From Kingella pumchi (GTDB lineage: Bacteria; Pseudomonadota; Gammaproteobacteria; Burkholderiales; Neisseriaceae): a DNA stretch of 31,612 nt. Location of the stretch: the NCBI RefSeq assembly GCF_022288825.1, contig NZ_JAKOOW010000037.1, forward strand, positions 1-31,612. The letters run 5' to 3'. The translations under genes and the position numbers were made by a program. Positions within the stretch are counted from its first letter, which is position 1, and every line of letters starts with the position of its first letter. The notes below the pieces were generated by a model that saw nothing but the letters and a program-made list of their open reading frames with translations, searched no databases and was not told where the DNA came from. Below, piece by piece: positions 1-9,035 of the stretch.

Positions 1-33
1 ACTGCAACCTTTTTGTTTGGGTGGCGGGATTTT

Positions 34-69
34 ATTCCGGACAGTAGTGCGCCTGCGCGGGAATGACGG
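34..69. repeat. Partial neisserial RS/NIME-like repeat (reverse strand reads CGTCATTCCCGCGCAGGCG...)
   Basis: The reverse complement of about 50-69 reads CCGTCATTCCCGCGCAGGCG. From memory this matches the left half of the ATTCCCGCGCAGGCGGGAAT-type RS element of Neisseria intergenic mosaic regions. The second half is degenerate (ATTCC at 34-38). Confidence 0.3.
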
Positions 70-112
70 TAGTAGGAAGTTTCTGTAGTCGTCCCTAGAA
101 CGAATACGGACA

Positions 113-124
113 AGGCAGCCTGAA
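113..124 (+). repeat. Single DNA uptake sequence AGGCAGCCTGAA
   Basis: Exact 12-mer in the intergenic region upstream of argC. Confidence 0.85.
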
Positions 125-209
125 AACTTCGCGGTGCCGGTAATGGTATTGGTTCTTATCCGTGTAAGTTTCGGTTAATTCCGCGTAAGCATGAATTTAC
201 AGATTACCC

Positions 210-239
210 TTGAAGATGCGCCCGTCTGCTGTTTATACT
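210..239 (+). promoter_or_regulatory. Putative sigma70 promoter of the arg cluster
   Basis: TTGAAG (210-215), 18-nt spacer, TATACT (234-239), about 65 nt upstream of the argC ATG. Motif match only. Confidence 0.3.
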
Positions 240-306
240 GCGGGCGCGGCCTGTATCCGCCTGCTTTCGGGCGTTTGGCCGCAGAGAAGAACAATGGAGA
301 AATTCG

Positions 307-1251
307 ATGACCCACACCGTTTTTATCGACGGCTCTGCCGGCACCACCGGCCTGCGCATTGCCGAACGTCTGCGCCATGAACGCGATATTCACCTGCTTA
401 CCCTGCCGGAAGCGCAGCGCAAGGATTTGAGCGCGCGGCTAGATGCGGCAGCGGCGAGCGAGGTTAGCCTGCTTTGCTTGCCCGACGAGGCGGCGCGCGA
501 GTTCGTGCAGCACGCGCCGGCGGCGACGCGCATTTGCGACACCTCTACCGCGCACCGCAACGCCCCGGGCTGGGTTTACGGATTTGCCGAGTTGCACGGG
601 CAACGTGCGGCGATTGCCAGCGCGACGCGCGTTGCCAATCCCGGCTGTCATGCCAGCGGCTTTATCGCCCTCATCCGCCCGCTGTGCGACGCGGGGGCGC
701 TGCGGCGCGAGGCGCTGCTCACCTGCCAATCGCTCACCGGCTATTCCGGTGGCGGCAAGGCAATGATTGCCGAATATGAAGCGGAATCGCGTCCCGCAGC
801 GCTTGACGCGCCGCGCCTCTACGGCTTGTCTTTGCAGCACAAGCATTTGCCGGAGATGCGCGCGCAAAGCACGCTTGCGCACGCGCCGCTGTTTATGCCG
901 GTGGTCGCGCCGTTTTACAGCGGCATGCTGGTGAGCGTGCCGCTCTTTGCCGCGCAGCTGGCGGACGGTTTTGCCGACGGCGCACGGCTCGCGGCGCTGC
1001 TCGCTGATTATTACGCGGGCGAGCCGCTGGTGCGCGTGCAGCCGTTTGCGCCATCTGCCAGCGTGGCGACGCTTGCCGCCAACGCGCTTGCCGGGCGCGA
1101 CGATATGCAGCTGTTCGTTTTTGCCAACGGCGACGGGCAACTGCTGCTCTGCGCGCTCTTTGACAATCTCGGCAAGGGTGCGTCCGGCGCGGCGGTGCAA
1201 AATTTGAACTTGATGCTGGGTCGCGCGGAAACCGCCGGCCTGGTTTACTGA
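307..1251 (+). CDS. argC: N-acetyl-gamma-glutamyl-phosphate reductase, short 'uncommon' form (about 310 aa class)
   Basis: 314 aa. N-terminal GSAGTTG Rossmann motif, NPGCHASG active-site Cys region, C-terminal LGKGASGAAVQNLNLMLG typical of the short ArgC class. GGAG lies 7 nt before the ATG. Confidence 0.9.
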   Translation: MTHTVFIDGSAGTTGLRIAERLRHERDIHLLTLPEAQRKDLSARLDAAAASEVSLLCLPDEAAREFVQHAPAATRICDTSTAHRNAPGWVYGFAELHGQRAAIASATRVANPGCHASGFIALIRPLCDAGALRREALLTCQSLTGYSGGGKAMIAEYEAESRPAALDAPRLYGLSLQHKHLPEMRAQSTLAHAPLFMPVVAPFYSGMLVSVPLFAAQLADGFADGARLAALLADYYAGEPLVRVQPFAPSASVATLAANALAGRDDMQLFVFANGDGQLLLCALFDNLGKGASGAAVQNLNLMLGRAETAGLVY

Positions 1252-1268
1252 TGATTGCGGAGGATTAC

Positions 1269-2501
1269 ATGCAGCCTGAATTTACATACATCGACGGTGG
1301 CGTTTGCGCGCCGCAGGGATTTTCCGCCAGCGGCGTGCACTGCGGCATCCGCAAGAATCGCAGCAAAGCCGATTTAGCGCTGATTGTCAGCCGCACGCGC
1401 TGCGCCACCGCTGCCGTCTATACCACCAACAAAGTCCAAGGCGCGCCGCTTGCCGTTACCCGCGCCCATATTGCCGACGGCTACAGCCAGGCGGTGCTGT
1501 GCAACAGCGGCAATGCCAACACCTGCAACCCCAACGGCGAAACGCTGGCGCGCGCCTGCTGCGATTTGCTCGGCGACGCGCTACACATCCCGGCAAATGA
1601 TGTGGTGATTGCCTCGACCGGCGTCATCGGCCAACCGCTGCCGCTGGAGCCGTTTGCGCGTGGCATCCCCGCTGCCGTTGCCGCCCTTGCAGCCACCCCG
1701 GCAGCGGCGCTGGCGGCGGCAGAAGCGGTAATGACCACCGACACCTACGCCAAAACGCAGGCGCTCGAATTTACCCTCGACGGCAAACCCTGCCGCCTCG
1801 GCATCATCACCAAAGGCAGCGGCATGATTCACCCAAACATGGCGACCATGCTCACCTTCATCACCAGCGACGTCGCCATCGCCCCTACCCTGCTGCAACG
1901 TGCCTTGAGCGAAGAAGTCAAAGACAGTCTCAACCAAATCAGCATCGACGGCGACACCTCAACCAACGACATGGCAGTCATCCTCGCCAATGGCGCGGCA
2001 GGCAACGCCGAAATCCGCGACGACGGCGCCGCTTACCAAACCTTCCGCGCCGCGCTGCACCGGCTTTGCGCTTGGGCGGCGCGCGAAATCGCCCGCGACG
2101 GCGAAGGCGCAACCAAACTGCTGCACTGCCGCGTGCGCGGTGCGCGTTCGCCCGAAGTGGCGCGCAGCGTGGCGAAAAGCATCATCGCCAGCGACCTCTT
2201 CAAAGCGGCGATGTTCGGCGCTGATGCCAACTGGGGACGGGTGCTGTGCGCCGTCGGCTACACCACAGGCGACTTTTCCGCCAACAACATCGCCCTCACC
2301 CTGCAAAGCGCGGCGGGCGCGGTCAAAGTCTGCGAACACAGCGCCTACCACCCCTTCAGCGAAGACGAGGCTGCCAAAGTGCTGGCAGAAAAAGAGATAG
2401 AAATCCTGCTCGATATGCACGACGGCGAAGCCCAAGCGCAGGCGTGGGGCTGCGATCTCACCTACGACTACGTCAAAATCAACGGCGACTACCGGAGCTA
2501 A
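1269..2501 (+). CDS. argJ: Bifunctional ornithine acetyltransferase / N-acetylglutamate synthase
   Basis: TTDT and HPNMATMLTF (autoprocessing site) motifs, DGDTSTND. I prefer the ATG at 1269 (GGAGG at 1258-1262, 6-nt spacing) over the track start at 1251, which has no SD. Confidence 0.9.
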   Translation: MQPEFTYIDGGVCAPQGFSASGVHCGIRKNRSKADLALIVSRTRCATAAVYTTNKVQGAPLAVTRAHIADGYSQAVLCNSGNANTCNPNGETLARACCDLLGDALHIPANDVVIASTGVIGQPLPLEPFARGIPAAVAALAATPAAALAAAEAVMTTDTYAKTQALEFTLDGKPCRLGIITKGSGMIHPNMATMLTFITSDVAIAPTLLQRALSEEVKDSLNQISIDGDTSTNDMAVILANGAAGNAEIRDDGAAYQTFRAALHRLCAWAAREIARDGEGATKLLHCRVRGARSPEVARSVAKSIIASDLFKAAMFGADANWGRVLCAVGYTTGDFSANNIALTLQSAAGAVKVCEHSAYHPFSEDEAAKVLAEKEIEILLDMHDGEAQAQAWGCDLTYDYVKINGDYRS

Positions 2502-2503
2502 AC

Positions 2504-3340
2504 ATGCGCCAAGAATATATGGACTGGTTCGACGAAGCCGTCCCCTATCTGCAGAAATACCAGCAAAACTGCGTGGTGGTGAAATACGGCGGCAACGCCA
2601 TGACCAACGACACCATCAAAGCCTCGGTGCTGCGCGATGTGCTGTTTCTCAACCAGGTCGGCGTGAAAATCGTGCTCGTCCACGGCGGCGGCCCCGACAT
2701 CAACGCCGGTCTCGCCAAAATCGGCAAAAAAGGCGAATTTATCGGCGGCCTGCGCGTTACCGATGCCGAGACCATGGAAGTGGTGCAGCAGGTGCTGGCA
2801 GGCAAAGTAAACAAAAACCTGGTGGCGCATCTGGGCGGGCGCGGCATCGGCCTGTGCGGCATCGACGGCGGCCTGCTGCACTGCGAAGCGCTCGACCCGG
2901 CACTCGGCGCGGTTGGCAAAATCAGCCGCGTTCAGCCAAACATCATCCATCTGCTGCTTGGTGCCGGCATGATTCCGGTGGTTGCCAGCATCGGCACCGA
3001 CGCCGCCGGCAACAGCTACAACATCAACGCCGACACCGCTGCCGCCGCCATCGCCACCGCCATCGGCGCCTGCAAACTGGTGAACATGACCGACATCGCC
3101 GGCCTTTTGCGCGACATCGACGACGAGAACACCCTCATCCGCGACATCCGCATCGACGAAGCCGAAGCGCTCATCAGCCAAGGCATCATCAGCGGCGGCA
3201 TGCTGCCGAAAATCGCCTGCTGCATCGACGCCGTGCGCCAGGGCGTGCCGGAAGTCGCCATCATCGACGGCCGCCGCCCGCACTCGGTGCTGCAAGAACT
3301 CTTCAGCGACCGCGGCAACGGCACGCTGTTCCACCAATAG
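2504..3340 (+). CDS. argB: Acetylglutamate kinase
   Basis: VVKYGGNAM, VLVHGGGP and NINADTAA motifs. The real start is taken at the ATG at 2504 (GGAG 6 nt upstream). The track ORF from 2246 is an Arg-rich 5' read-through overlapping argJ. Confidence 0.9.
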   Translation: MRQEYMDWFDEAVPYLQKYQQNCVVVKYGGNAMTNDTIKASVLRDVLFLNQVGVKIVLVHGGGPDINAGLAKIGKKGEFIGGLRVTDAETMEVVQQVLAGKVNKNLVAHLGGRGIGLCGIDGGLLHCEALDPALGAVGKISRVQPNIIHLLLGAGMIPVVASIGTDAAGNSYNINADTAAAAIATAIGACKLVNMTDIAGLLRDIDDENTLIRDIRIDEAEALISQGIISGGMLPKIACCIDAVRQGVPEVAIIDGRRPHSVLQELFSDRGNGTLFHQ

Positions 3341-3353
3341 GCAGCCGCTCCCA

Positions 3354-3537
3354 AGGCAGCCTGAAACCCGTAGGGTGCGCACCGCGCACCACAACGCCAA
3401 CAACCGGCGCAGCGTCCCCCTACGGCAGAAAGGCAGCCTGAAAACAAAAAACCGCCGCAGCGGCGTTTTCAGACTGCACCACCAACCCCAGGCCGATAAG
3501 GCAGCCTGAAACCCCCAACCCGCTTTTCAGGCTGCCT
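3354..3537. repeat. DUS/REP-laden spacer between argB and argD
   Basis: DUS at 3354-3365(+), 3431-3442(+), 3499-3510(+) and 3526-3537(-). A degenerate copy TTCAGACTGC lies at about 3468. A REP-like composite palindrome spans 3368-3425: outer CCGTAGGG/CCCTACGG, inner GGTGCGC-ACC-GCGCACC. Confidence 0.8.
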
Positions 3538-3557
3538 GTTTACTAAAAGGAGATCGC

Positions 3558-4745
3558 ATGTCCGCCCCGCTTTCCGACCACATCCGCCAACTCGACCAAC
3601 AATACAGCGCTGCCACCTACGCCCGCTTCGCGCCGGTGCTGGTGCGCGGCGAAGGCTGCACCGTCTGGGATGCCGACGGCCACGCCTACACCGACTTCAC
3701 CAGCGGCATCGGCGTCAACAGCCTCGGCTTTGCCGATCCGGCATGGGTTGCCGCCATCGCCGCGCAGGCGGGCAAACTGGCGCACACTTCCAACCTGTTC
3801 TACAGCGTCCCCGCCGCCGAGCTGGCGCAAAGTCTCTGCGAAAAAAGCGGTCTTGCCCGCGTCTTTTTCTGCAACAGCGGCGCCGAAGCCAACGAATGCG
3901 CCATCAAAGCCGCGCGCAAATACAGCCGCGACCGCCACGGTGCCGGCCGCCACACCATTCTCACCCTGCAAAACTCCTTCCACGGCCGCACCCTCGCCGC
4001 CCTTTCCGCCACCGGCCAGGACGTTTTCCACCAGCATTTTTTCCCCTTCGTTGAAGGTTTCGCCTACGTTCCCGCCAACGACACCGCCGCCCTTGAAGCG
4101 CGCCTGGCGCAAAACGACATCGCCGCGCTGATGCTCGAGCCGGTGCAGGGCGAAGGCGGCGTGGCCGCGCTGGATACCGGCTATCTTCAGGCTGCCCGCG
4201 AGCTGTGCCGCCGCTACGACGTGCTGCTGGTTGCCGACGAAGTGCAAACCGGCATCGGCCGCAGCGGCCGGCTGTTTGCCTTCGAGCACGCCGGCATCGT
4301 GCCCGACATCGTTACCCTTGCCAAAGGGCTGGGCGGCGGCCTGCCGGTGGGCGCGGTGCTGTTTGGCGAACGCTGCGCCGACACGCTGGGACGGGGCGAC
4401 CACGGCTCGACTTTCGGCGGCAACCCGGTCTGCTGCGCCGGCGCGCTGGCCGTTTTGGCGCGTTTGGACGATGCTTTTCTCGCCGACGTTACCCGCAAAG
4501 GCGAAGCGCTGCGCCAGGCGCTCGCTGCTCTGCCGAAGGTCAAAAGCGTCAGCGGCCTCGGCCTGATGCTCGGCGTCGAATTTGACGACGGCATCAGCGC
4601 CGCCGACATCGTGCGGCAGGCGCAGGAAAAAGGCGTGCTGTTTCTCACCGCCAAACACAAGCTGCGCCTGCTGCCGCCGCTGATTATCAGCGACGACGAC
4701 ATCGCGCGCGGCATTGCGGTGCTGCGCGAGATTCTCAGCGCCTGA
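3558..4745 (+). CDS. argD: Acetylornithine aminotransferase (class III PLP aminotransferase)
   Basis: 395 aa. GIGVNSLG, DEVQTGIGR(S)G and TLAKGLGGG (PLP lysine) motifs. AAGGAG lies 5 nt before the ATG. Gene context is argCJB. Confidence 0.88.
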   Translation: MSAPLSDHIRQLDQQYSAATYARFAPVLVRGEGCTVWDADGHAYTDFTSGIGVNSLGFADPAWVAAIAAQAGKLAHTSNLFYSVPAAELAQSLCEKSGLARVFFCNSGAEANECAIKAARKYSRDRHGAGRHTILTLQNSFHGRTLAALSATGQDVFHQHFFPFVEGFAYVPANDTAALEARLAQNDIAALMLEPVQGEGGVAALDTGYLQAARELCRRYDVLLVADEVQTGIGRSGRLFAFEHAGIVPDIVTLAKGLGGGLPVGAVLFGERCADTLGRGDHGSTFGGNPVCCAGALAVLARLDDAFLADVTRKGEALRQALAALPKVKSVSGLGLMLGVEFDDGISAADIVRQAQEKGVLFLTAKHKLRLLPPLIISDDDIARGIAVLREILSA

Positions 4746-4761
4746 TGCCGTCCTGCCGCAC

Positions 4762-4790
4762 AAACAGCCCGCCGCCGCGGGCTGTTTTTA
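4762..4790 (+). terminator. Rho-independent terminator after argD
   Basis: AACAGCCCG (4763-4771) pairs with CGGGCTGTT (4778-4786). 6-nt loop, followed by TTTA. Confidence 0.7.
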
Positions 4791-4842
4791 TCGCGGCGGT
4801 TTTCCCATCGCCCAAGCGTTCGGCTCTTTGGGCGCCGTCCAA

Positions 4843-5031
4843 AAGCAGCCTGAAAACCAAGCAGGCAACGCAATCCCTGCGCCGGCTAAAATCGGTTTTC
4901 AGGCTGCCTGAACGCCAAACCCCGAAACCAAACCTTGCGGCAGCCTGAAAACGCCGTTTTCCATTGTCCGCCCTGCCCTGCTTGCCGGATAATGCCGCTT
5001 TTTTCCGATTTTGGTTTTCAGGCTGCCTGAA
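4843..5031. repeat. Array of four DUS in alternating orientation (argD-rep spacer)
   Basis: 4843-4854(+ AAGCAGCCTGAA), 4898-4912(- ; palindromic TTCAGGCTGCCTGAA), 4938-4949(+ CGGCAGCCTGAA), 5017-5031(- ; palindromic form). Confidence 0.85.
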
Positions 5032-5044
5032 AACGCCCCACGCC

Positions 5045-7048
5045 ATGAAACTGAACGAGCGCCAGCTGGAAGCGGTGCGCTATCTGGGCGGGCCGCTGTT
5101 TGTGCTGGCCGGCGCAGGCAGCGGCAAAACCCGCGTCATCACCGAAAAAATCGCCTATATGATTACCGGCGCGGGCTATGCGCCGCAGCATATCGCCGCC
5201 ATCACCTTCACCAACAAAGCCGCCAAGGAAATGCAGGAGCGCATCGGCGCCATGCTCGGCAAAGGCCAGACCCGCGGCCTGACGGTTTCCACCTTCCACT
5301 CGCTGGGCATGCGCATGCTGCGCGAAGAAGCGGCGCACGCCGACTACAAAACCAATTTTTCGATACTCGATGCTTCCGACAGCGGCCGCATCGTCAGCGA
5401 GCTGCTCGGCAGCAGCGGCCGCGAGCAGGTGTTCAAAGCCCAGCACCAGATTTCGCTGTGGAAAAACGAGCTGGCCACGCCCGAGCAGGCTTTTCAGGCT
5501 GCCGGCGACGAATGGCAGCAGCACATCGCCCGCGTTTACGCTTCCTATCAGGAAACACTCGGCCACTATCAGGCCGTCGATTTCGACGATTTAATCCGCC
5601 TGCCGGTGCTGCTGCTGGAGCAAAACAGCGATCTGCGGCTCAAATGGCAGCGGCGGCTGCGCTATCTGCTGGTGGACGAATGCCAGGACACCAACGCCTG
5701 CCAGTATCGTCTGCTGCGCCAGCTTACCGGCCTGGAAGGCATGTTTACCGCCGTGGGCGACGACGACCAGTCCATCTACGCCTGGCGCGGCGCCGATATG
5801 GAAAACCTGCGCCTGCTGCAGCAGGATTACCCGCAGATTAAAGTGGTCAAACTCGAACAAAACTACCGCTCTGCCGGCCGCATCCTGCGCGTGGCCAACC
5901 AAGTAATCGCCAACAATCCCAAGCTCTTTGCCAAAACCCTGTGGTCGCAGCTGGGCGAAGGCGATCCGGTAAAAGTGGTTGCTTGCAGCAGCGAAGAAAA
6001 CGAAGCCGAATACGTGGCCGGCGAAATCGCCCGCATGAAGCTGGCCGGCGGCGACAAAGCCCGTTATGCCGATTTTGCCGTGCTCTACCGCGGCAACCAC
6101 CAGTCGCGTCCCTTTGAAACCGCGCTGCGCCAAGCCCACATTCCCTACCGCGTCTCCGGCGGCCAGAGCTTTTTCGACAAAGCCGAAATCAAAGACATCC
6201 TCGCCTATATGCGCCTGCTGGCCAACAGCAGCGACGATCCCGCCTTCCTGCGCGCCGCCACCACCCCGCGCCGCGGCATCGGCGACACCACCCTTGGCCG
6301 GCTCAACCACTACGCCAAAATCCACGGCTGCAGCCTGTTTCAGGCTGCCTCCCAGCCCGAAGCGCTGGCCGAACTCAATGCAAAAAGCCGCGACACGCTG
6401 CAGTCTTTCGCCGCCCTGATAGACGGTTTCCGCCGCCGCGCCGCCAAGGAAGACGCCGGCAGTCTGATCCGCGAGCTGCTCGATACCATCGGCTACGAAA
6501 ACCACCTTTACCAAAGCGAAGAGAGCAGCCGCGCCGCCGAAAGCCGCTGGCGCAACGTCGAAGATCTGGCCGACTGGCTTGAGCGCAAAGGCAGCGAAGG
6601 CAAAAACCTGATCGAACTCTCGCAAACCATCGCCCTGATCACCTTACTCGAAGGCCGCGACGACGCCGAAACCGACGCCGTTACCCTGTCCACCCTGCAT
6701 GCCTCCAAAGGGCTGGAATATCCGCAGGTGTTTCTCGTCGGCTGCGAAGAAGGGCTGTTTCCCCACGCCGAGAGCCTGGAAGAAGGCAATCTCGAAGAAG
6801 AACGCCGCCTGATGTACGTCGGCATCACCCGCGCCAAATGGCGGCTCACCCTCACCCACTGCACCAAACGCAAACGCCAGGGCAGCTGGCAGTTTCCCGA
6901 ACCGAGCCGCTTTATCGACGAAATGCCGCAGGACGATTTGGACATCCTCGGCCGCAAAGGCGGCAAACCCATCGTCAGCAAAGCCGAAGGCATCAGCCGC
7001 CTGCAAAGCATGAAAGCCATGCTCGACAGTAAAATCGGCGGCAGTTAG
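5045..7048 (+). CDS. rep: ATP-dependent DNA helicase Rep (UvrD/Rep SF1 family)
   Basis: 667 aa from the ATG at 5045 (MKLNERQLEAV...). AGAGSGKT Walker A, DECQDTN motif II, VGDDDQSIYAWRGA. The track start at 4964 lies inside the DUS array. Rep versus UvrD is judged from length and N-terminus only. Confidence 0.85.
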   Translation: MKLNERQLEAVRYLGGPLFVLAGAGSGKTRVITEKIAYMITGAGYAPQHIAAITFTNKAAKEMQERIGAMLGKGQTRGLTVSTFHSLGMRMLREEAAHADYKTNFSILDASDSGRIVSELLGSSGREQVFKAQHQISLWKNELATPEQAFQAAGDEWQQHIARVYASYQETLGHYQAVDFDDLIRLPVLLLEQNSDLRLKWQRRLRYLLVDECQDTNACQYRLLRQLTGLEGMFTAVGDDDQSIYAWRGADMENLRLLQQDYPQIKVVKLEQNYRSAGRILRVANQVIANNPKLFAKTLWSQLGEGDPVKVVACSSEENEAEYVAGEIARMKLAGGDKARYADFAVLYRGNHQSRPFETALRQAHIPYRVSGGQSFFDKAEIKDILAYMRLLANSSDDPAFLRAATTPRRGIGDTTLGRLNHYAKIHGCSLFQAASQPEALAELNAKSRDTLQSFAALIDGFRRRAAKEDAGSLIRELLDTIGYENHLYQSEESSRAAESRWRNVEDLADWLERKGSEGKNLIELSQTIALITLLEGRDDAETDAVTLSTLHASKGLEYPQVFLVGCEEGLFPHAESLEEGNLEEERRLMYVGITRAKWRLTLTHCTKRKRQGSWQFPEPSRFIDEMPQDDLDILGRKGGKPIVSKAEGISRLQSMKAMLDSKIGGS

Positions 7049-7058
7049 AAAAAGCAAA

Positions 7059-7097
7059 AGGCAGCCTGAAAGCCGGTTTGGCGCTTTCAGGCTGCCT
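7059..7097 (+). terminator. DUS inverted-pair hairpin after rep
   Basis: AAGGCAGCCTGAAAG / CTTTCAGGCTGCCTT, about 15-bp stem, 11-nt loop, 10 nt after the rep stop. Confidence 0.5.
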
Positions 7098-7116
7098 TTC
7101 ACACCGCCGCACAGCA

Positions 7117-7209
7117 AGGCAGCCTGAAACGCAAAACCCCAAGCAAAAACTAAAAAACGTTTACAATACGCCCTTTTCAGGCTGCCCGAAACGCCAAAGG
7201 CAGCCTGAA
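7117..7209. repeat. Three further DUS upstream of prfC
   Basis: 7117-7128(+), 7176-7187(- , TTCAGGCTGCCC), 7198-7209(+). Confidence 0.85.
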
Positions 7210-7251
7210 AACGGTTTTTAACCATACAACCATTGCCACAAAAGAGTTCCC

Positions 7252-8850
7252 ATGTCCGAAATCCTAGACCAAGTGCGCCGCCGCCGCACGTTTGCCATCA
7301 TCTCCCACCCTGACGCGGGTAAAACCACGTTGACCGAAAAACTGCTGCTATTTTCCGGTGCGATTCAAAGCGCGGGTACGGTAAAAGGCAAGAAAACCGG
7401 CAAATTCGCCACCTCCGACTGGATGGAAATCGAGAAGCAGCGCGGCATTTCCGTGGCGTCCAGCGTGATGCAGTTCGATTATAAAGACCACACCGTCAAC
7501 CTCTTGGACACGCCGGGACACCAAGACTTCTCCGAAGACACCTACCGCGTTTTGACCGCTGTGGACAGCGCGTTGATGGTCATCGACGCGGCAAAAGGCG
7601 TGGAAGCGCAAACCATCAAACTCTTGAACGTCTGCCGCCTTCGCAATACGCCGATTGTCACGTTCATGAACAAATACGACCGCGAAGTGCGCGATTCTTT
7701 GGAATTGTTGGACGAAGTGGAAAATATTTTAAAAATCCGCTGCGCGCCCGTTACTTGGCCGATCGGCATGGGCAAAAACTTCAAGGGCGTGTACCACATT
7801 CTGAATGACGAAGTGTATCTGTTTGACGCGGGCGGCGAGCGGCTGCCGCACGAGTTTGACGTGATTAAAGGCATTGACAATCCCGAGCTGGCGCAGCGTT
7901 TTCCGCTGGAAATCCAGCAGCTGCGCGACGAAATCGAGCTGGTTCAGGCTGCGTCCAACGAGTTTGATTTGGCAGAGTTTTTGGCGGGCGAACTCACGCC
8001 CGTGTTCTTCGGCTCCGCGATTAACAACTTCGGTATTCAAGAAATCCTCAATTCATTGATTGACTGGGCGCCCGCGCCGAAACCGCGCGACGCGACCGTG
8101 CGCATGGTCGAACCGGACGAGCCGAAGTTTTCCGGATTTATCTTTAAAATCCAAGCCAATATGGACCCGAAACACCGAGACCGCATCGCCTTTTTGCGCG
8201 TCTGCTCGGGCAAATTTGAGCGCGGCATGAAAATGAAACACCTGCGCATCAACCGCGAAATCGCCGCCAGCAGCGTGGTTACGTTTATGTCGCACGACCG
8301 CGAGCTGGTGGAAGAAGCGTTTGCGGGCGACATCATCGGTATTCCCAACCACGGCAACATCCAAATCGGCGACAGTTTTTCCGAAGGCGAGCAGCTGGCG
8401 TTTACCGGCATTCCGTTTTTCGCGCCCGAGCTGTTCCGCAGCGTTCGTATTAAAAACCCGCTGAAAATCAAACAACTGCAAAAAGGTTTACAGCAGCTGG
8501 GCGAAGAAGGCGCGGTGCAGGTGTTCAAGCCGATGAGCGGCGCGGATTTGATACTCGGCGCGGTCGGCGTGTTGCAGTTTGAAGTGGTTACTTCGCGGCT
8601 GGCGAACGAATACGGCGTGGAAGCGGTGTTTGACAACGCGTCCATCTGGTCGGCGCGCTGGGTGTCGTGCGACGACAAGAAAAAGCTCGCCGAGTTTGAA
8701 AAAGCCAACGCCGCCAATCTGGCGATTGACGCAGGCGGCAACCTCGCCTACCTCGCCCCCAACCGCGTGAATTTAAATTTGACGCAGGAGCGCTGGCCGG
8801 ACATCGTGTTCCACGAAACGCGCGAGCATTCGGTGAAGCTGAACGGCTGA
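7252..8850 (+). CDS. prfC: Peptide chain release factor 3 (translational GTPase)
   Basis: 532 aa. SHPDAGKTT (G1), DTPGHQDF (G3) and NKYD (G4). Full-length RF3 architecture. Confidence 0.93.
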   Translation: MSEILDQVRRRRTFAIISHPDAGKTTLTEKLLLFSGAIQSAGTVKGKKTGKFATSDWMEIEKQRGISVASSVMQFDYKDHTVNLLDTPGHQDFSEDTYRVLTAVDSALMVIDAAKGVEAQTIKLLNVCRLRNTPIVTFMNKYDREVRDSLELLDEVENILKIRCAPVTWPIGMGKNFKGVYHILNDEVYLFDAGGERLPHEFDVIKGIDNPELAQRFPLEIQQLRDEIELVQAASNEFDLAEFLAGELTPVFFGSAINNFGIQEILNSLIDWAPAPKPRDATVRMVEPDEPKFSGFIFKIQANMDPKHRDRIAFLRVCSGKFERGMKMKHLRINREIAASSVVTFMSHDRELVEEAFAGDIIGIPNHGNIQIGDSFSEGEQLAFTGIPFFAPELFRSVRIKNPLKIKQLQKGLQQLGEEGAVQVFKPMSGADLILGAVGVLQFEVVTSRLANEYGVEAVFDNASIWSARWVSCDDKKKLAEFEKANAANLAIDAGGNLAYLAPNRVNLNLTQERWPDIVFHETREHSVKLNG

Positions 8851-8855
8851 TAAAG

Positions 8856-8912
8856 AAAGTGCAGGCTGCTTTTGAAGGTTTAAAAACCCGAAAAGCAGCC
8901 TGCACTTTTATT
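8856..8912 (+). terminator. Rho-independent terminator built from an inverted pair of AAGCAGCCTGCA (different DUS dialect)
   Basis: AAAGTGCAGGCTGCTTTT (8856-8873) pairs perfectly with AAAAGCAGCCTGCACTTT (8891-8908). 18-bp stem followed by TTTTATTAT. Confidence 0.75.
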
Positions 8913-9035
8913 ATGGCAAATTAAAATTCCAATGTTACCGCGTTGGCTTGCCTTGACGCGCTGTGGTCAAGGTACATGGAATAGATGTTTGCAGGGTATG
9001 TGCCGTACGCATGCGCTCTTTCCCCCTTTTACATA

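Noticed and set aside
185-215. Possible ArgR (ARG box) operator at CATGAATTTACAGATTAC upstream of argC
   Set aside because: Only the TGAAT half-site matches the TGAAT-N4-ATTCA dyad and the second half is absent, so this is too weak to call.
439-1200. 253-aa minus-strand ORF plus several 85-107-aa plus-strand ORFs inside argC
   Set aside because: They are antisense or alternative frames of a well-supported argC. The products are Arg/Ala/Gly/Pro-rich low-complexity sequence typical of shadow ORFs in roughly 68% GC DNA, and there are no SD sequences.
3543-4763. 406-aa minus-strand ORF covering all of argD
   Set aside because: It is an exact antisense shadow of argD. The composition is dominated by A/G/R/V with no recognisable motifs, whereas argD has clear PLP-aminotransferase motifs and a strong SD.
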